Shown here piece after piece: positions 63,919-64,000 of a stretch of 64,000 nucleotides of DNA. The position numbers and the translations under genes were made by a program. Within the stretch, counting starts at the first letter, position 1. Each line of letters starts with the position of its first letter. Source of the stretch: Stylophora pistillata (lineage: Eukaryota); the NCBI RefSeq assembly GCF_002571385.2, contig NW_019218335.1, forward strand, positions 121,148-185,147. The letters run 5' to 3'. The notes beneath the pieces were generated by a model. It ran no database searches, was not told where the DNA came from, and saw nothing but the letters and a program-made list of their open reading frames with translations.

Positions 63919-64000
63919 GTTATTAGATAATTTAGTAGTAAGACAGTCATGTTACCCTGCAAAGTTGGGTGATCATGGTTTTACTAGGAAACCAATTGAG

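Overview
This is AT-rich, intron-rich animal genomic DNA with several N gaps. The gene set and repeat families suggest a cnidarian, probably a stony coral (inference). Reconstructed by hand from splice sites and reading frames: (1) an unidentified minus-strand spliced gene encoding a basic Ser/Arg-rich protein (at least 3 exons, 7743-15924); (2) an apparently intact spliced DDE transposase in a TTAA-flanked Kolobok/Mutator-like DNA transposon that runs into a gap; (3) a complete 12-exon ceramide kinase (538 aa); (4) two convergent, intron-poor CLN3/battenin-like paralogs, the second broken by a gap next to a 677-bp palindrome; (5) a compact LRR-GPCR (LGR, 585 aa, about 4 LRRs); (6) the first three exons of an ADP-ribosylglycohydrolase, whose GC-AG first intron holds a decayed CR1-group LINE. 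Repeats include Penelope-like 3' ends with minimal hammerhead ribozyme motifs, an IS3EU-like element with a perfect 6-bp TSD, a tRNA-headed Nin/Deu-type SINE, L2 tails and several MITEs. I cannot demonstrate a wholly new system. The best leads are the hammerhead-centred palindromes, the CERK plus duplicated CLN3-like neighbourhood, and the miniature LGR.
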